This document shows positions 23,998 through 35,286 of a DNA stretch of 64,000 nucleotides, one piece after another. The stretch is from Glaucostegus cemiculus (taxonomy: Eukaryota). The notes under the pieces were generated by a model that was not told the DNA's origin, ran no database searches, and saw only the letters and a program-made list of their open reading frames with translations. The stretch's first letter is position 1; each line of letters begins with the position of its first letter. The position numbers and the translations under genes were made by a program. The DNA lies in the NCBI GenBank assembly GCA_976551045.1, contig CDPCPM010000128.1, positions 8,184,001 through 8,248,000 on the forward strand, written 5' to 3'.

Positions 23998-24415
23998 CAG
24001 GCAGTCCCTGGGTATGACAGGGTACCCGAGAACTGTTTGTAACCCGAACCGTTCGTAAATCGGAAATGAATATAAACGGCATGTGGGAGGGGACCACGGA
24101 AACCACTGTGACTGGAGAGCGAGCAGGCGCGGGGAGAGCAGCTGCCAGCTCTCGCTCACTGATTTAGTGGCGAGTCTGCTCAGTGGTCCTAGCTCAGCTC
24201 AATCCAGCCCCCTCAGAGGTTGGCGGGGGGGGGGGGGGTGGGAGGGAATGGAGGGGAAGGTATGCTGAGAGAAGGCACACGGAAATGCCCTATCCCCGCC
24301 CACCAGAAGATGCCTGCAGCCCTGCAGCAGCTGGCAAATCCATCCTGCTGGTCTCCCAAATGTCGATCAAGTGTACTGGGTGTCCCTACATGGTTCGTAA
24401 CATGGGGAGGACCCG
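23998..24415. mobile_element. Tigger/pogo-like (Tc1-mariner) MITE
   Basis: TA|caggcagtccctgggtatgac ... gttcgtaacatggggaggacccg|TA: imperfect TIRs, TA duplication, CpG-rich interior. Confidence 0.7.
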
Positions 24416-25049
24416 TACTCTGCTTGTGATACCGAATTGCTAGGGACATTGAAAGCAATAATAACTTCCCAGGGGAAATCAGGAGCTTTGGAAATAGAGC
24501 TGCAGCAGTGGAACAGTGGGAGGAACGGAGATCATGCTATGGTGGGGAATGTTGATGCAGTATGTAGAAGAAGGGGCTATCAAAGGGTAATGGGTTAGCA
24601 AGGGACTTGGCTGATAGGATTCCCAGTCAGCACTGTGCTGGGAAGACCTGGTTGCCCCTGAGTGCTCAGTGTTGGTTGCTCCCAGGTCAACGTGGCTTGT
24701 GTTGCACTGCAGTACCGAGAGGCCTCATCGTGGCTTGCACTCGGAAGTGTCTGGCTAAATTTATGGAGTGACATGAAACAACCTTTGGGATGGGAGGTTT
24801 AGGAAAAAAGGGATTTCAAGGACATTGGGTTTCTTTTCAAATAAAACATCAGTGCAATTTAATTTCTGGGCACATGCATTTGCTGTCATTTAAGATGATA
24901 ATGAATTCTTTTTGGTCCAGTTTCACACAAGAAAGGATCCTCACATCAATGTAACAATACAAAATATGCGATTTAAATTTTGTAGGCTTGATTTACTTAA
25001 GTACTGAAGATGTACGTGAGCTGACTGTAATTTAGTGTAGTATTACTAG

Positions 25050-25340
25050 ATGTATTGGCAGAAGGGTCGAGGAGGGATGACATAGAATTATCTGGTTGGC
25101 CAAAGAATCAGAACTGAGATGAGGGGAACCTTTTTTTATGCATTAAATGGTTGGGGTCAGAAATGCACTGTCAGGAGGAATATTGAAGACAGATTCAGTT
25201 GTAGCATTCAGTAGGGAGCAAGATTAGTAGCTGAATGAAAAGAATTTACAGGTCCATGGGGAGTGAGACTAGCTGGACTGCTCTTACATAGATCCAGTAT
25301 GGACTTGACAGGCCAAATGTCCTCCTTTCCTGTAACACGA
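25050..25340 (+). mobile_element. CR1 LINE 3' fragment
   Basis: gagatgaggggaaccttttttt...aatgcactgtc...ggccaaatgtcctcctttcctgt. Confidence 0.7.
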
Positions 25341-25882
25341 AGCAACATGCAGTGTTGAATTTACCATGCATAAGCATTTATAAATCTGCAAGTTGGGGAA
25401 ATATTCAGCACTGTGCATTTTGGTAGAAGTCTTTCACATCATTAAACTGCCTTAAAAATAATGCTGGCAGGAATTTGGTTTAGAAGCTTAAGAATTTCTC
25501 ATTGGAAGATCTTCATCAGTAAGCCTTTAACAAGCTGAGCACATTCAGGAGTTGCAAATTAAGGCGTGCAGCAATTGCAAAAGTAACATTGGGAGTTGTT
25601 GAATGTTCTACATTAAAACAAGAAAAAAAATTACTTTAAGTAGGATTTGCACAGACAGTTTCATTGGCCGTTGTCAACTTCTATCCAGGCAATAATTTAT
25701 TTCAGACGAGACCAAATATGCAAAGGAAAGCATCCACTAATATTGAAGCAAATGTAAACTAATATGGAGACACTAAACTTGTACTGGGTTGATTGATTTG
25801 ACCACTTAAGTAATAAGGCTTTAAAATAGCTGTAGGGTTCTTTTTTGAATACCAAAATTCAAGACCACGAAGTTGGGAAATA

Positions 25883-26375
25883 AACAACTTGCATTTATAT
25901 AATGAATTTTACGCCCTTTGGGTATTCGAAAGTACTCCAAAGACGGTGAAGTCACCGTTGTACTGTAGGAAACACAGCAGTCAACCATAGTGTGGCAGAA
26001 GCAAGGACCTATGAGTCCTGATGCAGGGTCTCAACCCAAAACGTTGACCATTCCCTTTGCCTCCATGGATGCTGCTTGACCCACAAAGGGTGTTTTATTC
26101 CAGCAGTTTTATTTTTTACTCCAGATTCCAGTGTCTGCTGTCACTTGTGTTATCTATAAACAGCAATGTGATAATGATCAGTTAATTTATTTTTAGTGAT
26201 GTTGATTTTTAAATGAATACTGGGCAGGACATCAGGTTTATTCTCTGCTCTTTGCATAGTGCCAAGGGATCTTTTATGCCCATCCTGGAGGGCAGGTGGA
26301 GGACAAGGTACATACCACATAAAACACCGGTGCACAAGATATTAGACAAGTGTGTTCACGTGGATTGTAGAATGA
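25883..26375 (-). mobile_element. Deu-domain SINE interrupted by a Penelope fragment
   Basis: aacaacttgcatttatata L2-type tail; aacagcaatgtgataatgatcag; ctgctctttgcatagtgccaagggatctttta. Confidence 0.7.
26013..26150 (+). mobile_element. Penelope pLTR fragment with hammerhead motif (26015-26048)
   Basis: gtc CTGATGC agggtctcaaccc AAAA cgtt gac...gatgctgcttgaccc...ccagattccagtgtctgctgtcacttgtgt. Confidence 0.75.
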
Positions 26376-26424
26376 TTAGCACTTAGAGTCAGAATAAACT
26401 GATTTATTACAGGCTGGAAGGATG

Positions 26425-26770
26425 TCATACAATCATGGAGATGTACTGCATGGAAATTGGCCCTTGAGCCCAACTCATCCATGCTGACCAAATTGCCTAC
26501 CTGAGCTAGTCCCATTTGCCTGCATTTGGTTCATGTCTCGCTAAACCTTTTCTATCCATGTATCTGTCCAAATGTTTTTTAAACATTAATTGTACCCACC
26601 TCGACCAATTCCTCTGGCAGATCGTTCCATGTATCCACCACCATCTGTGTGGGAATAAAAGTTGCCCCTTGGGTCCTTTTTAAATCTTTCTTCTTAAATC
26701 TGTGCCCTCTAGTTTTAGACTCCTCTACCCTAGGGAAAAAGACTGTGACCATCCACCTTATCTACACCCC
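26425..26770 (-). mobile_element. CR1 LINE 3' end
   Basis: catggaaattggcccttgagccc tail; ctctggcagatcgttccat; gccctctagttttagactcc. Confidence 0.85.
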
Positions 26771-27748
26771 TGTAACTGGTGGAGTTCCCCAAGGTTCTTG
26801 CGCCTCTATTTATGATTTAATATTAATGATCTGGAGGAGGGGGTAAGTTTGCTGATGGCATAGAAGTAAATGGGAGGCCCTGTTGTGATGAAGGTATTAG
26901 GAGTCTGCAACAGGATATGGGCAGGTTGAATGAGTGGGTAAAAACTTGGCAAGTGGAGTCTAATGTGGGAAAGTGGGAGGTTGTGCATTTCAGTAAGAGG
27001 AACTTTAAATGGAGAAAGATTGCAGATGAGTGAAGTACAGAGGAATTTAGGTGTACTCATGCATGCATCACAAGAAGTTGGAATAAATGAGTCTTTTATT
27101 ACAACAAGTGTTTAGGAAGGCACATTGCTCATTGGCCTTTATTGCAGGTTGAAGTTTAGAAATGGAGAAGTCTAGTTGCAATTGTACAGGGTACTGGTGA
27201 GGCCATACCTGGAGTACTGTTCGTGGTTTTGGTCCCCTTATTTAAGGATATACTGACAGTCCAAAGGAGATTCACTGGGCTAATTCCTGGGATGAGATGT
27301 TTGTCGTATCACAAGTGGCTAAAGAACTTGGGTCTTATATTCTTTGGAGCTTTCAAGACTGGGGGGATAATCTTATTAAAACATACACATGATCGTTAGA
27401 GGCATGACAGGGTAGGTGTCAAGATGTTTCCACTAGTGGGAGAATCTCAAACAAGGGGATATAGTCACAAGATTAGTGGGGCGGTCATTTAAAACTGAGG
27501 TGCGTAGCAACTTCTTGCGGAGAATGGTAAACTTCTGGAATTTCTATCCTTGTGGAGGGTAAATCATTGGGGCTGTTTGAAGAGGAAGTAGATACATTTT
27601 TGAAAAATCAGGTATTTAAAGGTTATGAGGAACCAGCATGGAAGAGACGAGGCCTGGGGCAGACCAGCCATTATCATAACAAATGACAGCGCAGGCTTGA
27701 GGGCCGAGTGGCCTACTCCTGTTTTATTGTGTACTTGTGTTCTTATGG
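26771..27748 (+). mobile_element. CR1 LINE (RT C-terminal half and 3' end)
   Basis: GGVPQGS, INDLEEG, KFAD motifs with frameshifts; RPYLEYC; tail gggccgagtggcctactcctg...tgttcttatg. Confidence 0.9.
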
Positions 27749-28539
27749 AGTTTGGAATAATGACTTCTTGAAAGACTGCACTGCATTCTCTCAGTGTTGC
27801 ATTGAAGTGTTGACCTGGATTCAATACCTAAACCCTTTGCAGGGCTTTCTCACACATTGCCTTGTAATTCAGAGGTATGAGTACTACCATGTAGGCTCTT
27901 GTAATGTAAGAATAGTTCAGTCCAATTTATAAAATTGGCTGAATCATTGGTTGAACTAACCAGCATTGCATGAATATTACAAAAAAAATGCCGTTAACTT
28001 GTGCAACTCCAAGTAATTTTTGTAAAAACATTTGGACCACCAGCACTGAGGAACGTGAATCCGTTTCTGAATGAGTTTACAATGGGTTTGAATGGGACTA
28101 AGGTGAAAATTTAAAAAGAAACAAGTTATTTTGCACTCCCCTGAGGCATGGGTGCTACTTTTGGCGGAATGGTTAATTCAGTGAATTTCCTCAGATCTGT
28201 TTTCTCACAGGAAGTACACTTTAACTTAGAGTTTAATTAAAATTATGAAGCTGGCTGTTTCTTTGTGCTAATAAATAAAGTGCCTAGAAATTTGCTGGCA
28301 CCTTTAAAGGCCCAGTAGTTAGGAAGCTTGTGATGGGCCAGCAGGGATGCCATTCACGGGCTTGCTACTGGGATGTTCAAAGCCATGTGAGGCATGGAAT
28401 CCACAGAAGACCCCGATGGAAATTTCAGATTTTGTGCACTTGCATAAAGTGCCCAACTTTCGTTTGTTTTCTGTTTACATTGGGGTTGGATCTTGTAAAG
28501 CTCAAAGATACAGAATTATGCCACCTAATTTCAAAGCAG

Positions 28540-29205
28540 AACTTTACCACCGGGAACGTCCATATAATGTAAAGGATCCTGATATAATGTAAACCACAGC
28601 GTAGAATACAAATTGAGGAAGTTGTGCCTAACCTAATAAATTGTAGGATAACTTGGTCTGGAGTTTTCAGTCTACTTTTGTACACCACACGTTAGAAATA
28701 ATGTTAGGGGCTTGAGGAAGGTACAAAGAACATTAACAGTATGGTAACAAGACTGTGAGTACTTCAGTTATATGGAGAAACTGCAAGAGCTGGAGTTGTG
28801 CTTTTTCTAAAGAGTGAGAAGGTTAAGGGGCTATTTAATTGGGATATTCAGAATTATAAAGGAAATTAGTAGAGTAAGTAAAAGGTAACTGGTAGAAGAG
28901 TCAGTAACCAGTTGAAACATTTAAGATTATTGGTTAAAGAACTCACAGGAAAATGTGGAAAAACTTCATGAGATGAAGTGTTATGATCTAGAATGCACTG
29001 TCTGCAAGACTAGTGGAAGGAAATTCAACAATAACTTTTCTAAGGGGATTGGATAAATCCTTGGGGGTGGGATGAGGGTGGGGGAGAAGCATTTGCAGGA
29101 TTATGTAAAAGGAACAGAGAAATGAAAGGAATCCTCTTCGAAATAGCTAGCACGGGAATGGTGGGCAAAATGGCCTCCTCCAGTAAAGTATTTCCATGAT
29201 TATGA
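28540..29205 (+). mobile_element. Degraded CR1 LINE 3' portion
   Basis: gaaggtacaaagaacattaac, gagaaggttaaggggctatttaatt, gaatgcactgtctg, tgggcaaaatggcctcctcc. Confidence 0.7.
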
Positions 29206-30479
29206 GCTTCAATTCCCTGTACACACCAGAGAGAAACCAGCTGTATCCTTAATGTGTGATGAAACTAAATAAAGCATCTTAAATTTGAAACATATTGTTC
29301 ACAGTGATGATTTAAAAAAAAAGGTTGCAGTGAGAAATGGTGGATTGCAATGCCATTGCAGGACTTTTATGCCTCAGAATATCTGGCATTATTGCTTTAA
29401 TCATCGACATAATGAGGCAGGATGTCCGATCCCAAAAGGGAGATGGTTGCAAACTGAACTGTTTATACTATGTGTGTTTTGGTCTGTGAAAAGAATTATG
29501 GAAGGAATATAATAACTGAAGTAATGGGATCATGTTCCAGTGAAACTTAAATTGGATTTTCATTTGCAGTAATTAAGAGGTTGTTTTGTTCACATTCTGG
29601 CACCAGCACTTGAAACCTAATAGTTGAAGAGTATATTTATGTCATGGTGCAAGATAATCCTTTGTTAAGTTTGCTGCACTACTCGATTTACATGCCTGAT
29701 ATTTAAACCTGGGGTTTTATGTTCATTAATATTATAAGAGGATATAGTACATTAGCCCATTAAATTACTTATGATTTAATTTTATAGTTTAATGCTGCCT
29801 TTTATAGACAAAAATTTCAAGGATGCTGTAAACTCTGACTTCCAAATAAAACAAAGAATTAACCCGCAAGCCTATTTTAATTACTGAAACTTTTGCCCTA
29901 CTAGGAAATGATGGCGTCAGCTGCTTGCACAACAAAGCAGTAACACCTTTGTTTCAAAACCTGCTTGTGGCCCTTTGGACTTTGAAATTGGCCATGTCCA
30001 TTTTAGACTGCAGCTTCTAACACTTCTAACGAAGGAAGTTGTTTGTGTTTGGCAATGTGCTTTTATAGCCATTAGCATGTTCATCTTCAGCAGATAATGA
30101 ATCTGCAGAGTTAATTGCAAGGCAATGATTTTAATAAATTGATTAAAAGCTGTGGTGAGCTTCAATTCCCAATAAGCATAGGAGGGAGAAGTGGAATCTT
30201 AAAGGACACAACTGCCTCTGGTAATTTATTACCTAAATTCTATTAAGTTACCTTTATCCTGCTTTCTAATAATTCTTCTGCTTGTGCCCAGTTTGTGCAG
30301 AATCGCTATTGTGTTACGTTATGGTGTTATGCACTTGAAAAATATCAGCAAACTAATCTATCTATGTTGTCAATTTTAAGTATATGGGAAATTTTGTTCG
30401 TTGTGCTTGCTTGTAGGCATCAATATATCTATAACTATTCACAGCAGGACCAGGATCTCTGAAATATTGAAAGTCCCAT

Positions 30480-30942
30480 AAATATCAAATTACACAAAAC
30501 CACGAGCCAGCACATCGTCCCTGTGCCACATTCTCTGACGTGAGTAACTGGGTTCTGAGTTGTAAGCGGGTGCAGTGCCTTTCAATTGAGTTGGCAATTG
30601 GAGCCAGGAAAGCAACTCCAGTAATTGAAATCATTGTTACTATGAAAGAGGTGGGACGAGATGACAACAAATGGGCTGTGAAGAACTGGGAGCTCGTATG
30701 CAAGGTTTTTTTTTATCCTGCTTGGCAGTTCATCCTCTTTTTTGTTTTGTCAGTGATCTGTTGTTATTTGAGTAATCGTCCTCTTGAGCCCACGTAAAAG
30801 CTGTTGTGGGCACAAGACAGGAAGCACGATTATTGGCAAGTGGTTCAACTTATCGTGCATCGGAGTGGCAGGGATGATGCATATCACCACATGCTGCAGT
30901 GCTAATGTCAGAGGCTGATAGAACCTGGTTAATTCAACTGAA
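30480..30942 (+). promoter_or_regulatory. Candidate internal promoter and 5'UTR of the ARID5B short isoform
   Basis: Repeat-free, locally CpG-retaining stretch directly before ATGG|gt. CRE-like TGACGTGA (30536-30543) overlaps AP-1-like TGAGTAA. TSS cannot be placed. Confidence 0.55.
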
Positions 30943-30946
30943 ATGG
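30943..30946 (+). CDS. ARID5B: ARID5B short-isoform alternative first exon, coding part (ATG+G)
   Basis: ctgaaATGG|gtaaca: G at -3 and +4, phase-1 GT donor. Splicing to 33725 gives ATG GCA CTA AAT CTC AAA GGC = MALNLKG, matching the recalled human short isoform start MAPNLKGRPRKKK. In-frame TGA TAG lies just upstream (30916-30921). Confidence 0.7.
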
Positions 30947-33724
30947 GTAACAGTTTTTGTTTTCACTTTCTATGTTTATTCTGTGAATCCTTTTGTACTT
31001 TGTGATTGCTTGTGTTTGTCAAGTCAGTAGGGCAATAAATGTTTTTTGGTTAGTGTACCCTGTGGCTCAATGTCAGTGTAATGTTTAGTAAAGGTCCAAA
31101 TGTCTCCCACAGTAGTATTAAATTAACTAAATTAAAAATATAGGCACCACACAGCTCTTGATGTAATGAAGTGATCAGGAGTTCATGGTACTAGTTTAGG
31201 GGGTGTGTGTGGCCAAAGTAAGGTGGTTTATGTTCACTTTTACTGCAATCTATACAGGATGTCATCATATTTTAATAATGGTAAAATTATTCCATCCCAA
31301 GCCATTTTTGGACATATTCAGCTGAGCTGCAGTTTGTCTGATATTTCTGAATCAGCTCAAATTGGATCACTTCCTCAGTCAGTGCTATTTAAAGGTCACC
31401 TTCACATTCGTTAAGTATGCTTCAGTAACTTGTAATGTACAACGGAGAGCCTTTAGTTAATTAACAGAGTAACATTTCTAAAAGATTACACAAGACTAAA
31501 AAGACCAAGGACTAGTATGTCACTTGTATGTTTTGGCCACAAACACAAATATCAAAAATAAACACTGTGTAAGGCGTTTGCATTGAAGGTAAATAATTCA
31601 AAGTACCAAATAAGGATAATAAGTGTTACACATTTACCCTGTATGTAGTAGACTATATTTATTCTCAATGAATTTACAAATGCAAGCCTGCTTTGAAAAT
31701 TGTAACATACAGCAGCAAGATTGGATTATGTTTCTTTGCTATATTTTCAGTAACTCCTTGGCTTTACAGCTATTTTGCTGAGTCCCATTACTCATTACAG
31801 TTTATGTTTGAACCCTGTCATTAAAACAGTCATCAGCTACTGAACAAATATACAGTAATTAAATAGGAATTGTGGCTTATTTCATGCAGCTTTTGATGTC
31901 TTGGCTGCCTTTTTATAGTACGATATGAAAGAAAATATGAACTTTTGAGTTGTCAAACAATGTGCTTAATGATTACTAATCTCTCTGATCTTTTGCAACT
32001 GTTTTGCTTTAAGTACTTGAAACCAATCTCAAATAGTCATGTTCCAGGCAGTTCTTGTTTAGTTCCGGAATATTCCACAAAATTGCAAAAGGTGTTTGAA
32101 TTCCTTTCCTTGAATGTGGAATTGGTGTGACTGACGTGAGTTGCATACCCTGAGGCATTGCTTGTATGGTATGAACATGTCATTGTCAGTGCTATCAATA
32201 GACAAGTACAGAGTGAGATTTATGGTAGGTTAGGCCCTTCTAGGCAATAATGTGCTAAATATCAAAACATGGCAGAGGGGTATTTGCTAGTATTGAGCAA
32301 TGAAACTCCAGGCATGGCCTAGTATGGAAGGAGCACTGTACATTCAACCTGATTTATAACAAGCATTTCACCTTTTACTATGTGTGCACAGGAGGTTAAA
32401 ACAACAACCTTACAAACATAAATTTGATCACCACCGTTCTAGCTACAGTTCAAATACATTTTTGCAAAAGTCACCTCTGGATTATTTATGGATCTCTTAC
32501 TGCTTCAGAAAAGCAGAAACGTATCCATTGCAGGATTGGTAAATTGAAGAGTACCACGTAAATACCCCCGTAGGAAGTGACTGGAATCTAGCAAGGTTCC
32601 CTTGGATTTGCTACAATGAAATCCAGCTGCAGCAAAATAGTAACACTTCCACCCCTGTGTATCTGCTCTTCAGCTGCCTCTTATACATCTCTTCCAATTT
32701 CCATTTCACTAGAATTCAGTAGGCGGTTGAGTCTATCAGTTTTACACAATTACTCAAAATCAAAATTAGCACGCAAGATCTCCATTGTTCTAGGTGATCT
32801 AAGCACATTAATGATGCTGAGTCAAGGAAGAATAGCTGTGCTTGCAAGAAGCACAGTCTAAAGGTTCGTTTTGGAGCCCACTGTCTGTTACTTGACGATG
32901 TTGTCAAGTCTGCCTGTGCAATGGTGGAAGGCCAGATTTGCTGTAACGTTGACGTCATGATTAAGGACCTGCCATTATCAACACGTAGGCATCCGTCTAT
33001 GAATCTTCTTCGAGCTCACGGACTGCTGCGGTTTGTACTCTGGTCAAAGGGGAGCCAAGGACACCAGTGGGTGGTGACCGAAGAATGTGAAGTGATAGTT
33101 CCTTGCCATAGAAAACCAAATGTTGACAGTCTTGAACATGATGCTACAGTGATTGAGGTTTATAGTTTACAACTAAGTGACAAGGCTGCTGTTCTGTCAA
33201 AGCACAAGTTGCTGTTGTGAGCAAAGTGGTTTTTTTTAAAATGCCATGTGACTTACAAAAATTAAAAGCAAAATGTCATCAATGTGATAACTTTCTCTTT
33301 TGCAATTTCAGCTGAAGAAAATGTGCTTTGTTCAATATTTTGTAGAGCAAGTTATTTATAGCAGCAAAGTCATACAGCTGCACAGAATCCACATGCTTGT
33401 TAATGGAGACATATTCATTGCAATTTGCACTTGTCTCTCTGGACCCTGCAGTTTCTGTGCAAAATGCAGGGTTACACTGGGAATGGCTATTAAATCCACG
33501 CCTGTATTTTCAGTAGGAAAGCCATGGTGTGCTAAACATCATGCCTTGTGTGTAAGTGGCTTAATTAAGGAAATGCAACTGTCTTAATACTGGGTTGATT
33601 TGACCAGTGTGTAAACATACAGTGATGTCAGTGCAGATTCATAAACATGATAAATTGTAGATGGTTTTTGTTGCTTTTTATTTTGGCTTCTGAAAATCAT
33701 TTCCCTTTTTTTAATCGATTTCAG

Positions 33725-33843
33725 CACTAAATCTCAAAGGCCGACCTCGGAAGAAGAAGGCCTGCTCCCAGAAGCGGGATGCACAAGCTCTCAACGGCTT
33801 GAGGGATTCCAATGAGGATTCGGATGGGAAGAGCAATCCCAAG
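33725..33843 (+). CDS. ARID5B: ARID5B internal coding exon (human exon 5 equivalent) with GRPRK AT-hook-like/NLS motif
   Basis: ttttcag|CA...AAG|gtatgg, 119 nt, phase 1 to 0. Translates (A)LNLKGRPRKKKACSQKRDAQALNGLRDSNEDSDGKSNPK, similar to human APNLKGRPRKKKPCPQRRDSFSGVKDSNNNSDGKAVAK. Confidence 0.95.
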
Positions 33844-34269
33844 GTATGGTCCAGTTCATCATTCCAACTTGTATGTTTCAGTTCATAGCTGTTCCCCTCT
33901 TTGTTCCAGTAATCAACAGCAGGGTGAAAGATCGTGGGCCCAGGCCCCACTTCAGAGACTGTTGCACAAAATCTAGGTTCATGGTAGAATCAGCTGACTA
34001 CTTAACTCACCGCTGCCTTCTACTGAGGTTTTCACCCCACGTATTCTGTAACTTAATCCTGGCTGGTCTCCCACTCATAAACTTCAGAATCATCCTGAGC
34101 ACTACCTCATTCCTGTAATATCTCAACCCATTTACTCACCACTCCCATGTTTGCTAACATACCTTGTCTCCTATTTGAGCAATATCTGACTTTAAAAGCC
34201 TCATCGAACCTCTCCACCTTCTCTTCCTGCCTCGCATCTCTGTGATCTACTTCACCCCCACTACCTGGA

Positions 34270-34630
34270 CTCATGGAGAGTTATTCAGCACCAAAACGGA
34301 TTCTTTGACCCACTGAGATCTTGAAACCAGTAAGCACCCATTTATGTTAATCCCATTTTATTCTCTTCCCACCCCCCAATATTCTCATCAACTCCCCCAG
34401 ACTTTATCCCACACCTACACACTAGAGGCAACCCACAGTGACCAGTCAATTTGCCAACCCGCACACCCTTGGGACACGGGAGGAAACCAGTGCAAATGGG
34501 GGAAATACTACACAGCCACAGGGAGTACTTGAAGACTCCACACACAGGCAGCACCAGAGGCCAGGACTGAATCTGGTTTGCCGGCATTGCAGGGTAGCAG
34601 CTCCTCCAGCTGTTCCATTCACCCATCTGC
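34270..34630 (-). mobile_element. V-SINE (HE1-like)
   Basis: Tail at ~34270, gggaggaaacc V-domain, head ggccaggactgaatctggtttgccggcattgcagggtagcagctc. Confidence 0.75.
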
Positions 34631-34818
34631 ACTAAAGAAATTTCCATTGCAAATCACTCGGCTGTCCTCAATATCTGGTCACATGATTGTACCTAGAGTA
34701 TTGCTTGTGCCTTTTCCCAACAAGGTCTTAATCTCTGGAATTCCCTCTGAGTTTGATGCTTCACCATCCCTTTCCTGTTTGAAGAGGCGCCTTGATATCT
34801 ACTGCCTTAATGTGCCTT

Positions 34819-35020
34819 GAGCAAAAAACAAGGTGCTGGAGGGAGATGGACAGTTGATGTTTTGGGTCAAGACCCACCATCTGGACTGGTGCGCCCAATC
34901 CAGATGAAGGGTCTTGACCTGAAATGTCAACTGTCCCTCCGCAAATGCTGCCTGACCCCTTGAGTTCCTCCAGCAGTTTGTTTTTTGCTCCAGGTTCCAG
35001 CATCTGCAGTCTCTTGTCTC
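34819..35020. mobile_element. Penelope-derived fold-back element (two inverted pLTR arms, each with a hammerhead-like motif)
   Basis: Arms ggacagttgatgttttgggtcaagacccaccatctgga and tccagatgaagggtcttgacctgaaatgtcaactgtcc around a 13-nt loop. TSD aat[g/a]tgcctt at 34809-34818 and 35021-35030. Confidence 0.85.
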
Positions 35021-35286
35021 AATATGCCTTTATGTAGCTCATTGTCAAGTTTTGTTTGATCATATTTTGTTAAAGGCACTGTATAAAAGATGCTTGTTCT
35101 TTGATTAGAAAGTGCTTTGGAAAATCTTGAAGCTGTAAATAAATGAAAGCGTTTTGAACTACCATAAGTGCTTTACATAGCAATATTAAGAAATAATAAC
35201 CTACGGGTTCCATGCAAACTTTGAATCTAAATATGATGTGTCAATCACTGTCCTGTTACAAATTCTGTGTGTATTTTCCATCTCAG

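Larger units (their letters stand above)
33990..35100 (+). mobile_element. Decayed L2 LINE 3' part hosting V-SINE and Penelope insertions
   Basis: cctggctggtctccca...cccatttactcaccactcccatg; tail ttgttaaaggcactgtataaaagatgcttgtt. Confidence 0.55.

Noticed and set aside
1-30400. ARID5B upstream BAH-domain exons or a nested protein-coding gene
   Set aside because: No recognisable peptide such as YPQYCRYRS was seen. ORFs here are short and repeat-derived or random.
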